Assembly: GCA_965217585.1 (NCBI GenBank)
Contig: OZ244561.1
Span: 6,112,001-6,176,000, forward strand
Direction: 5' to 3'
DNA from: Candidatus Latescibacterota bacterium
GTDB lineage: Bacteria > Latescibacterota > UBA2968 > UBA8231
Length of the DNA stretch: 64,000 nt
Numbering within the stretch: position 1 is the first letter of the stretch; the number at the start of each line of letters is the position of its first letter. The notes below the pieces were generated by a model that was given only the letters and a program-made list of their open reading frames with translations, searched no databases and had not been told where the DNA came from. This document shows positions 26,683 to 35,629 of this stretch, piece after piece. The position numbers were made by a program, and so were the translations under genes.

Positions 26683-28581
26683 ATGAGAGATATGGCATCC
26701 GTGTTTCTCTGGGTCGTCGTCCTGCTGCTCTTCCCGGGGCGCGAGAACGCCTCGGGACTCGTCATCTACCGCCTGGGCGGCGAGGAGCTTCCACTGCCTC
26801 CGGAGGCCGGCGAACAGGATGTGGACTTCGTGCAGCTGGGCTGGTTGGAAGTGGAGGAGGCCCAGGGTGGCGAGCTCTATCAGCTCGATATGGACGCCCA
26901 GGGCATTCGGGCGCTGGAGTACGATCCGCAGGTGAACATAGCACCAACGGCCGAGGATAGAGGCGGCAAACCCATCCTGCCGGCCCTCAACGGGCAGGTG
27001 TGGGACGGGGATATCAACACGGTGTGGAATGCCACCCGCTACCTGTGCATCGAGTTTCGCGGTACCGCCGGCCACCAGTGCCGCGAGGGCTTTGCCCAGT
27101 CGGGAACGACGCAAATCATTCTCGGCGACGGCACCATGGTCCTGGACCGGGTCCGGATCCTGTCCGGCCTGAACGACCCGGCCGGGGTGGCGCGCACCGT
27201 GCGTCTCTCCATCTCCTCGCTGGCCAATATGCCCTTCATGAGCAGCCACTCCCATCCCCCGCTCAGTTCCTACATCGTCGAGGTGCACAACAACAACGAT
27301 CCATATCTCGAGATACCGCTGCCGCCGCACGAAGACGGCACCTTCCTTCAGGTGGCCCTGGGCGAACACGACCACCCTTGGAAAGTCCACGATATCGAGG
27401 TCTACGCCAAAGGTTTTGTTGAGCGCTCTACTTACATTTCCAACCGCATTGATGCCCAGAAGCCGGTGGCCTGGGGCCAGCTCCGCTGGGCCGGACGCAA
27501 GGCTCCCGGAGCCAAGGTCTTCATACAAACCCGGAGCGGGGCGGGGGAAGACCCTCTGCGCTACTGGAAATTCATCGGCAATGAAAGCGAAAAGGTGGGG
27601 GTGACCCGATCCCAGTACAACAGGCTCAAGCCCGGCGAGCAGGGCGGTACCACCTACAATCGGGAGGACTGGACGTTCTGGTCGGCACCGTACGATTTCG
27701 CCGACAGCGCGGGGACGGCCATCTCGGCGAGCCCGGACCGCTTTTTCCAATTCAAGGTGGACTTTTTTCCGGGGACGGATGGCGGCGGCGAACTGGACTT
27801 TCTGGAGCTGCGCGCCGCTTGGCCCCCTCTCGCTTCCGAACTGGTGGCCGAGATCTACCCGTTCGAAGTAGAGCCGGGGGAGACGACGCGATTTACCTAT
27901 GCCCTCAGGCCGGTCATTGGAGACGGGGATATCGGCTTCGACCGCTTGAAACTAACTTCGTCTTCCAACAGGATCATGTCCGTCGAAACCGTGCGGTTGG
28001 GAGGGGTGGATGTCGACTTCGCGGTGGAGCACCAGACCGAAAACGAAGTGGTCATCGCCCTGCCGGCCATAGAGCGGGAAGATACCGCTGTCCTGATCGA
28101 GGTGATATTCGAGGCGATTGCCCTGCGCTACGGATCCACTTTCGACGCTAGGGTTTTCTCCAGTCGTCGCCCTCTCGAAGTCCCCCAGGGGGTGCTCCCA
28201 GGCGATGCCACCGACGCGTCCGCTGGCGATCGGGTATCCGTCATCACCGCGATCGAAGATAAAACCCGGCTAAGGGCCGAGGCCGCGCCTCCGGTCTTTA
28301 CCCCGAACGGGGACCAGGTCAACGACGGTTTCCACATAACCTACGACCTTTTCGAGATCTCGGGTTCGGGGTCCGTGACGGTCGAGATACGGGATCTGAC
28401 CGGTCGCTTGGTGCGCCAGGTCTATGCCGGGGACGACCCGGTGGGTCACTACCAGCGGGCATGGGACGGAAAGGACCAGGCCGGGCGGGTGGTGCGTCCG
28501 GGCGTGTATCTGTACCGCGTCTCGGTGGACACGGACGAGGGAGAAACGGACGAAATCGGCACCCTGCACGTGGCCTACTGA
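26683..28581 (+). CDS. Family A secreted FlgD-Ig protein, subtype beta
   Basis: AGGAGG at 26671 then ATG 26683; LVIYRLGGE..PPE; WTFWSAPYDFADS; FTPNGDQVND; ends HVAY. Confidence 0.76.
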   Translation: MRDMASVFLWVVVLLLFPGRENASGLVIYRLGGEELPLPPEAGEQDVDFVQLGWLEVEEAQGGELYQLDMDAQGIRALEYDPQVNIAPTAEDRGGKPILPALNGQVWDGDINTVWNATRYLCIEFRGTAGHQCREGFAQSGTTQIILGDGTMVLDRVRILSGLNDPAGVARTVRLSISSLANMPFMSSHSHPPLSSYIVEVHNNNDPYLEIPLPPHEDGTFLQVALGEHDHPWKVHDIEVYAKGFVERSTYISNRIDAQKPVAWGQLRWAGRKAPGAKVFIQTRSGAGEDPLRYWKFIGNESEKVGVTRSQYNRLKPGEQGGTTYNREDWTFWSAPYDFADSAGTAISASPDRFFQFKVDFFPGTDGGGELDFLELRAAWPPLASELVAEIYPFEVEPGETTRFTYALRPVIGDGDIGFDRLKLTSSSNRIMSVETVRLGGVDVDFAVEHQTENEVVIALPAIEREDTAVLIEVIFEAIALRYGSTFDARVFSSRRPLEVPQGVLPGDATDASAGDRVSVITAIEDKTRLRAEAAPPVFTPNGDQVNDGFHITYDLFEISGSGSVTVEIRDLTGRLVRQVYAGDDPVGHYQRAWDGKDQAGRVVRPGVYLYRVSVDTDEGETDEIGTLHVAY

Positions 28582-28603
28582 ACCGTCTTCTGCCTCGAAA
28601 GCG

Positions 28604-28638
28604 AAAAAACCTGGAGGACGAATTCCCCCAGGTTTTTT
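28604..28638. terminator. Bidirectional intrinsic terminator between convergent genes
   Basis: AAAAAACCTGG...CCAGGTTTTTT symmetric hairpin. Confidence 0.8.
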
Positions 28639-28664
28639 CTGTACAGGCCCAGACAACGCTGGCC

Positions 28665-29600
28665 TTATTTGACGAACTCAGACTTGATCCGGCCCCAGGA
28701 ATCGGTCTCCACGGCCGTGGGGAACATGCTCAAATCGACCGGTGCCAGCTCGAAGTCGGCCGCGACGCTGGCGTTTTTCCAGACATTGTGGACCGGCGGG
28801 AAATCGTAGGAACCTTCGTAAGAGTCGTCCGTGTCGTAGTCTTTGAACAGATACCCGATGTGGATGATATTCCCGAGTTCAAGATCCACTATCGTGCTGT
28901 TTTCCGGGCCCCGGTAGTCCAGGAATTCCCAGGGCGTCACCTTGAACTCGTAGGTGTAGGTACCCGGCCCATCGGACTCGCCGGTGCGCGACCAGCCGGC
29001 TTCGAGGTATTCCGGACTGGGGGTGGTCTTGCCGTCCGTCAGCCAGGGGAACTCGGTATCGTGGTGGTACATGAACAGCCACCACCCGTCGATCGGCGGC
29101 ACCAGCGCTGTGTAGAGCTGCATGTAAGCATATTCTATTTGCAGGCGCTCGTGGTCCGACAGCTCGTGTAGAGCGGTATGCCCCCCCTCGAACGCTTCGC
29201 CGCCGCTGTGGTCGGCATCGACCACGAAATTGATGTCGTCGTCCCAGTTGTGGCCGGACGGGGTCTCTCGTTTGTTGTGGAGAAAGTCGTCGACCACGTC
29301 GGACATCGAGTAGATCCGGTTGGTCTCTTCGTTCCAGCCGACGATGCACTTGATGTTGATGTCCGAGAAGTCGAGATCGGTCCCAATGCCGCGCACCGTC
29401 TCATAGAAGTCTTCCCCCAGATTTATGTGGTAGCTCTCGGGAACCATGTCCCAGTCGCTCAAATCGCCGTCGATGACCGGCAGAGCGTGGGCGGGGAACC
29501 CGAAGGCGAAGTAGGTTACATCGGGCGGCTCGTGCGCTGCCAGCCCCGTGGACAAAGCCGCTGTAAGACACGCGGCCAAAAGGATTTTCGATACTTTCAT
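28665..29600 (-). CDS. Secreted CBM9/DOMON-like protein with TAVExxxWGxIK tail (family C, copy 2)
   Basis: Signal peptide ...STGLAA|H; PVIDGDLSDW, DADHSGG; ends TAVETDSWGRIKSEFVK. Confidence 0.7.
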   Translation of the reverse strand: MKVSKILLAACLTAALSTGLAAHEPPDVTYFAFGFPAHALPVIDGDLSDWDMVPESYHINLGEDFYETVRGIGTDLDFSDINIKCIVGWNEETNRIYSMSDVVDDFLHNKRETPSGHNWDDDINFVVDADHSGGEAFEGGHTALHELSDHERLQIEYAYMQLYTALVPPIDGWWLFMYHHDTEFPWLTDGKTTPSPEYLEAGWSRTGESDGPGTYTYEFKVTPWEFLDYRGPENSTIVDLELGNIIHIGYLFKDYDTDDSYEGSYDFPPVHNVWKNASVAADFELAPVDLSMFPTAVETDSWGRIKSEFVK

Positions 29601-29900
29601 GGCTCCTTCTCCTCCTTGATGATATGGGAATGTTGATCATCGCTTTCGCGGTAGAGGTGGATGTGTGCCGATCGTCGACCTCCTTTCTATATCGAGAGCT
29701 TTTACCAAAACCGCTTTTTTCGCAGTCTTTTCGCTCGCTCTCGGGGCACAGGCAGATTTTCGGATAGGCCCTGATACTGGCACCTAGTCCGGACTGTCGT
29801 AGCTCATATCGTGTCAATAAAGCAAAAATACAGCTCAAACTCAAGTATTTTGACTTTTTATAGAGACGTAGAGACGCCTTGATAGCGCGGTTTTCAGCCG

Positions 29901-32708
29901 CTATTCCAGGCCGGCGTACACGGTCGCATAGACGAAATTGCCGGTTCGGGTTTTCCTGTTGCGCGCCGCGATCTCGAGACTGCTGTGATTGAGGCTGACC
30001 CCGAGCTGGGTAGTCAGCCGGTACCCCAGATACTCACCTCTATTGGTCAACTGCGCGGCCACGACCGTATTGCGCAGATCGCCCGTGGGCGCTCCCTGGT
30101 CCAGACTCTCTTCGTCGGCGACCATGTCCTGGAAAAACTCCTGTTCGAGTCCCGTTTCTATAGTGGTCTTCCTCATCAACGGGAACTTGAAGACCAGAAA
30201 AAAGATCCCGGACCACGACTCGCGTTCTGCGCTGGCCATCGAGTCGGGGGTATTGTCTTTTAAAAGCTCGCTCTTGAACTTCGGCTGGATGCTCAGGCGG
30301 CCCAGCTGGTATAGGTAATCCACCTTGTTGATGAGTCCGAAAAAGCGCGTGTCTCTGGCGGCACCGAGGCGGCTTTCGTCCCGGCGCGGGCGCACGGTCT
30401 TGTATTTGAGTTTGTTGACGGATCGCACCCCGACATCGGAGCGGCGCTCGACTTCCGCATAAGCGGTGTTGATCCAGGCGTCTTCGGCGAAGAGGGGATC
30501 CGCTATGGATCGCTGCGATCCGGGTGCCCCCGGGAGCTGGATCCACTGGAAAAGGTCGTCCTGGATGTCGTCCTTGGCCTTCTTGAACATGTCGAAGAGG
30601 CGGATCTGGCCGATCCCGGCGTAGTTCTTCTCAAAGGCGAAAAGCCCGTAGGTGGTCCGGTTTGTCCGGTCGTCCGATATGAGCGACTGGCGCACCTGGC
30701 CCGCAGTCAATTTCACGTGCGGCGTCAAATCGATGCCGAAGTAGATATTGTACCCTTTGTGGTCCCTCTTGTAGGGATAGTCGGGCTCGTGGTCGTTTTC
30801 AAAGCGGTCCACCCACCCGTTGTTGTTCAAATCCATGCCGAAGAGGAATTCTGGACGATCCGAGGCGTATCTCAGGAAGGGCTCGTCGTAGTCGGGAAAG
30901 TTGTTGCGCTGGAAGAAATTGTCGTTCTGGTTGAAGTCGGAGATAAAATCCTTGTTTTCATCCCAACCGGGAAAGACGGCGTCGTCGGCGAACCCTTCCG
31001 CTGATCGGCCTTCCGCTCCCCTTTCGAGGCCGGTCCTGGGGTCTTGAAAGAGCCGCTTCTGGTCCGGCAGCCGGTCCTGATCGTCGTTGTCGTCCACGAA
31101 GTCGTAGATATTCCTCGTCGGGTCTTCGTAGTCGACCCGGCCGAATCCATCCACGATGAAGGGGCTGGTGTTGTACTCCGCCTCCATATAAAAGCCCTCG
31201 GCGAAGAAGAACCACGGATGGGCCACCTTCGCCAGATTGATCATCCACGCCGCGGCCGCCTCGTCGCCCACCAGGCCCGAGGCCGCCGCGTGGGTCTCTA
31301 GGCGCCGGTTGGGATACTGCCTGTAGCGGTGGTTCACGTCAAATTCGGTGTACAGGTCAAACCCCATCAGGTCCCTCACCTCCACGGTGAGACCGACGAC
31401 CTGGTTCGCCGTGGGCAGACCGTAGTCGAAGACGACCTCGGTCCTGTTCGAGCCGTTCTTGACGTTGCCCTCGGCCTGGGCCACCAGCAGGAAGACCGGT
31501 TGCGCCTCCGCGTTGGTCTGCGCGTCGGAGGTGATCTCTACCTTGTAGTCGTTGACCAGAACGAGTCGGAACCTGACGCCCTTGATCTGGTTGGCGATAT
31601 CTACATCGCCGACGGCTTCGGCGAGCAGATTCAGGTCGTACCTGAGCAAGATCTGTTCGCTGCCGTCCGCCACTCGCACGCCTTCTCTGAAGACCCCGCC
31701 TTCCCGGCGGGGGAACGGGGGCGGTCGTTCGGCGAGGGTGCGGTATTTCTCCGCCAGCAGACTGTTTATCGCGCCGCCGGTGAAAACCGTGTCCCGCTCC
31801 CCGAGCATCGTGGTTATCTCTATGGACTCGGCCAGGAGGACCGCCCCCCCTTCGGCGTCTGCGGGAGAGTCGTCGCTGAGCCGGATGACGATGGACTCGA
31901 TCTGGTCTTCGAGCTGTCTGGCGGTGAGGGCCCCTTTGAACAGGTTGCCTTTGAAGCTCTCCAGGGTGGCCCGGCCGGTGTGTGCATTGACCAGGGTCCC
32001 CCCCACGGTGACGTGGTCGCCTAGGTTCACCGTCGCCCGGCCCCCCAGCAGATTGGTGTAGCTGTTGAAGGAAGCTGGATTGGGGTCCGTGATAAAGCCG
32101 GGCGCGCTGATGCGGGAGGACAGGCCGGTCACGGACAAATCGTCCGAGCGAAAGTCCACCTGTATGCCGTTAAAGACAGCTTTGCGGAAAGTCATCGGCG
32201 TCAAGGTGGTGAAAATCTCGTCGCCGATAGTGATGGAATAGGCGTACTGCCCTTTCAGGTCGGAAGCTATTACGAGGTTGCCGAAGATGCCGGCGTACTC
32301 GGGGCGCTGGAGGATACGGCTGCCCTCGGAGGTGCGCGGACGCTCCTCAGTCCAGTCGTAGATCAGCCATCCTTTGGTTAGAAAATTGCCGTAAAAATCG
32401 TAGAAGTAGTCCCCCTCGTAAAAAGGATTTACGTAGCGCAGGTAGGGCCGTCTGCGTCTGGCATAGTTGGTGTACTCCCACGTCTTCCAGCGATACTCCT
32501 GGTACAGTTCCTGGGGCAGGTACCTCTTCTTCACCGCCAGATCCAGGGCACCTGTATCGAACCATGGACCTTGCGGGCGGAACGCCACCTGCCCGCCCCG
32601 GTTGTATCCCAGCCGGTTGCCGTAGTCCTGCTGCGGAAAAACGCGCTCCACAGGCGCGGCGAGTAGGAAGAAGAGGGTTGCGCCAAGTAGCGGACCCGTT
32701 CTCGTCAT
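29901..32708 (-). CDS. Family B large putative outer-membrane protein, copy 3
   Basis: GGAGG RBS before ATG 32708; QDYGNRLG..RGG; YLPQELYQEYRWKTWEYTNYAR; DDNDDQDRLPD; FPGWDENKDFISDFNQND; ends VYAGLE. Confidence 0.65.
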   Translation of the reverse strand: MTRTGPLLGATLFFLLAAPVERVFPQQDYGNRLGYNRGGQVAFRPQGPWFDTGALDLAVKKRYLPQELYQEYRWKTWEYTNYARRRRPYLRYVNPFYEGDYFYDFYGNFLTKGWLIYDWTEERPRTSEGSRILQRPEYAGIFGNLVIASDLKGQYAYSITIGDEIFTTLTPMTFRKAVFNGIQVDFRSDDLSVTGLSSRISAPGFITDPNPASFNSYTNLLGGRATVNLGDHVTVGGTLVNAHTGRATLESFKGNLFKGALTARQLEDQIESIVIRLSDDSPADAEGGAVLLAESIEITTMLGERDTVFTGGAINSLLAEKYRTLAERPPPFPRREGGVFREGVRVADGSEQILLRYDLNLLAEAVGDVDIANQIKGVRFRLVLVNDYKVEITSDAQTNAEAQPVFLLVAQAEGNVKNGSNRTEVVFDYGLPTANQVVGLTVEVRDLMGFDLYTEFDVNHRYRQYPNRRLETHAAASGLVGDEAAAAWMINLAKVAHPWFFFAEGFYMEAEYNTSPFIVDGFGRVDYEDPTRNIYDFVDDNDDQDRLPDQKRLFQDPRTGLERGAEGRSAEGFADDAVFPGWDENKDFISDFNQNDNFFQRNNFPDYDEPFLRYASDRPEFLFGMDLNNNGWVDRFENDHEPDYPYKRDHKGYNIYFGIDLTPHVKLTAGQVRQSLISDDRTNRTTYGLFAFEKNYAGIGQIRLFDMFKKAKDDIQDDLFQWIQLPGAPGSQRSIADPLFAEDAWINTAYAEVERRSDVGVRSVNKLKYKTVRPRRDESRLGAARDTRFFGLINKVDYLYQLGRLSIQPKFKSELLKDNTPDSMASAERESWSGIFFLVFKFPLMRKTTIETGLEQEFFQDMVADEESLDQGAPTGDLRNTVVAAQLTNRGEYLGYRLTTQLGVSLNHSSLEIAARNRKTRTGNFVYATVYAGLE

Positions 32709-32789
32709 GGAACCCTCCTGAGGGATCGCCTGGCCGTCGCCGGTCTCTCGAAGTGCGGTCTGGTGCTTGGCACGGCGCGTCTCCAACGG

Positions 32790-35588
32790 CTATTCTATGC
32801 CGGAGTAAACCGTGATAAAGGTGGCGTTATTGGTCTCCGAATCGCTTGCTTTGACGATTCTATCGTTTACCCCGGCGATCACCTCGACCGACCGCCGCGT
32901 CAATTTAAAGCCCGTTTGCAGGGTGAGCTTATAACCCAGATAATCCGTGACGGTAGACCACTGCAGGGCCAAGCTGAGCTCGTTCAAGTCGCCTGTGGGG
33001 CCGAGCGTGCCCCGGTCTTCCAGCTCGTCCTCGTCTGCCGCTAGGTCGCTGAGGCGCATGTACTCCACGCCCGCCTGCAGCGACGATTTTTGCATCACGG
33101 GGAGCTGGGCGAGCAGGGAGAGGAGGCCCGTCCACTGTTTTCTCTTGTCTTCGCGCTGCAGGAAGGGCGTCTGCCGCAGGAATTCGCTCTTGGCCTGCGG
33201 CCGGATGAACAGCTCGCCGAGCCAGTAGGTGTAGTCCGCTTTGTTTATGAGCCCGAAGAACGTCGAATTGTCGCGCAGCGGGTTTCCGTCCAGATCCCTC
33301 GGGTCGTCGATCTGCTGCGAGAAGACCTCGTATTTGACCTTGTTGTGCACGTTCAAGTCGGGGATCTGGGTGTAGGTCAGACCGAACCACAGGGTGTATA
33401 TCCAGGTGTCCTGGGCGGGCAGGAGATCCACGACGCGCCCGGGAAGGCCGGCCTTGAGGAACGGGGTCGGCTCGAAGCGGTCGTCGGGGATATCGTCTTG
33501 GGTCTTTTTGAGCATGTTGAAGAATCTGAGCCGTCCTACATTCGCGTAATCCCTGTCGAGGGTGAAGAGCCCGTACGTGGTCGCGTTGTCCCGCGCCGCA
33601 GACATCAGCTCTTGGCTCGTCCGGCCCAAGCTCAGCCGCACGCCGGGTGCCAGCTCCGCGCCGCCGTAAACATTGTAGCCGAGGTGGTCCCTTTTGTAGG
33701 GGAAATCGGGCTCCTCGTCGTTTTCGAAACGGTCTATCCAAGCATTGTTGTTCAGATCGATGCCGAAGAGAAACTCGGGGCGGTCCACCCCGTAGCGCAG
33801 GAAAGGCTCTTCGTAGTCGGGCAGCCGGTTGCTGATCGTCTCGTTGTCGTTCTGGTTGAAGTCGGAGACGAAATCGTTGTTTTCGTCCCAGCCGGGAAAG
33901 ACCTGCCGGTCGGACCCCGGTTGATTGGGCCGCGACCAGTCGGGGAAGCGGTCTTGGTCGTCGTTGTCGTCGACGAACTCGTAGAAAAACATGGTCGGGT
34001 TGTCGTAGGTGATGTCCCCGCTCGTATCGACGGTGAACGGACTGGTGGAGTACTCGCGGTCCATGGAAAAGGCTTCCCCGAAAAAGAACCACGGGAAGGC
34101 TAGGTAGGAGAGGTTGACCATCCACCCGTCGGCCCGGAAAGAAGCGTCCTCGAAGTCCCTTTCGGCGTTGAACAGGGCCAGGTTGGGGTACTGCCGGAAC
34201 CGGTGGTTGACATCGTATTCGGCGTAGAGATCGAATCCCGCGATATCCCGCGCTTCGAGGGTGAAGCCGTATATTTGATGGGCCGTGGGCAAGCCGTAGT
34301 CAAAGACGACTCGCCGCTGGTTGGAGCCGTCCTTTACATTGTCTGGGGCCCGCGCCATATCGAAGAGCACGGGTTCCCCTTCGTCGAGGACTTCCCGAGT
34401 GAGGGGGGCCTGCGGCAGCGCCGCCCGCCCCGTCTGCCGGTCGGACCAGACCTGGACGCGGTAGTCGTTGGCCAGGACTAGGTCGAACGTCACCTTGACG
34501 ATCTCGGTCGGATCAGGGCCGATGTAGGCCGGGTCGGTGAAATCGTAGCTGATTATGATCTTTTGCAGTCCGCTCGCCGACAGAAAGCCCTCCTCTTGAA
34601 AACCGCCTTCGATAATCGGCCAGCGCGTCGGATCGTTGGTGAGGCTCTCCAGTCTCAGGTCCTGCCGCACACCGGTCTGGAAATCCTCGTGGACTGCGAT
34701 TACGTCGTACTCGAAGAGGGCCGCTCCGCCCTCTCCGTCTTCGGGCGAATCGTCGCTGAGCACGAGCGCGATAGCGGTGACCGGCAAGCTGGCCTGGCCT
34801 TCGCCGAGGGTGCCTTTGAAGGAGGACGAACTGAAAAAGGAACCCAAGGTGGTGCGCGAGTGGTGCGCATTGAGGTAGGTGGCCCCGACCGTGACGAAAT
34901 CGCCCACCTGGACCGTCGTCCTGCCGCCGACCAAGTTAGTGATATTGGTCCGCCTTTCCGGATCGCGGCGGCCGCCGACCTGGGGGCTGCTCAGACGCGA
35001 AAACAGCATGGTGGCGGCGTACTTGTCCGAGGCGAGGTCGAGTTGGATGCCGTTGAACAGAGGTTTCGAAAAGGTCATGGGGGTCAGCGTCGTCCTGATC
35101 TGATCCCCTATAGTCACGGCGTAAAAGGCCCCCCCTTTCGAGTCGGAGGCCACTATCAGCCGGCTGAACCAGTTGTTGTAGTTCGGATCCTGGTATATCG
35201 AACTGCCCAGCGGCGTCAATACGTCCTGGCGCCAGTCGTAGATGAGCCATCCCCGGGTGACGAAGTTGCCGTAGATATCGTAGAAATAGCCGCCTTCGAG
35301 CGCGGTGTTCACGTAGCGCTGGTAGGGCGATCTGGCGTAGTTGGAGTACTCCCAGGTCTTCCACCGGTACTCCTGGTAGAGTTCCTGCGGGATGTACCAT
35401 CTTTTCACTGTGGGATCGAGCGCGTCGAAGAGCACCCCCGAACCTATCGGTTCGAAGGTGACGGAACCACCCCGACGCTCTCCGAGGCGAGAACTGGACG
35501 TCTGGGCGTGGGAAGGGATGGTGAAGGCTAAAACAGCGAGGAGACCCACCAGGACCTCGGCGACTACCCGGTTCTTATTCGCTGCCAT
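32790..35588 (-). CDS. Family B large putative outer-membrane protein, copy 2
   Basis: Signal peptide; RLGERRGG..FEPIGSGVLFDALDP; same Asp/Asn-rich block; ends VYSGIE. Confidence 0.65.
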   Translation of the reverse strand: MAANKNRVVAEVLVGLLAVLAFTIPSHAQTSSSRLGERRGGSVTFEPIGSGVLFDALDPTVKRWYIPQELYQEYRWKTWEYSNYARSPYQRYVNTALEGGYFYDIYGNFVTRGWLIYDWRQDVLTPLGSSIYQDPNYNNWFSRLIVASDSKGGAFYAVTIGDQIRTTLTPMTFSKPLFNGIQLDLASDKYAATMLFSRLSSPQVGGRRDPERRTNITNLVGGRTTVQVGDFVTVGATYLNAHHSRTTLGSFFSSSSFKGTLGEGQASLPVTAIALVLSDDSPEDGEGGAALFEYDVIAVHEDFQTGVRQDLRLESLTNDPTRWPIIEGGFQEEGFLSASGLQKIIISYDFTDPAYIGPDPTEIVKVTFDLVLANDYRVQVWSDRQTGRAALPQAPLTREVLDEGEPVLFDMARAPDNVKDGSNQRRVVFDYGLPTAHQIYGFTLEARDIAGFDLYAEYDVNHRFRQYPNLALFNAERDFEDASFRADGWMVNLSYLAFPWFFFGEAFSMDREYSTSPFTVDTSGDITYDNPTMFFYEFVDDNDDQDRFPDWSRPNQPGSDRQVFPGWDENNDFVSDFNQNDNETISNRLPDYEEPFLRYGVDRPEFLFGIDLNNNAWIDRFENDEEPDFPYKRDHLGYNVYGGAELAPGVRLSLGRTSQELMSAARDNATTYGLFTLDRDYANVGRLRFFNMLKKTQDDIPDDRFEPTPFLKAGLPGRVVDLLPAQDTWIYTLWFGLTYTQIPDLNVHNKVKYEVFSQQIDDPRDLDGNPLRDNSTFFGLINKADYTYWLGELFIRPQAKSEFLRQTPFLQREDKRKQWTGLLSLLAQLPVMQKSSLQAGVEYMRLSDLAADEDELEDRGTLGPTGDLNELSLALQWSTVTDYLGYKLTLQTGFKLTRRSVEVIAGVNDRIVKASDSETNNATFITVYSGIE

Positions 35589-35629
35589 CCGGTCTATCTC
35601 CTGCCTGAAAGATAAAAGGCATTCGGCTT

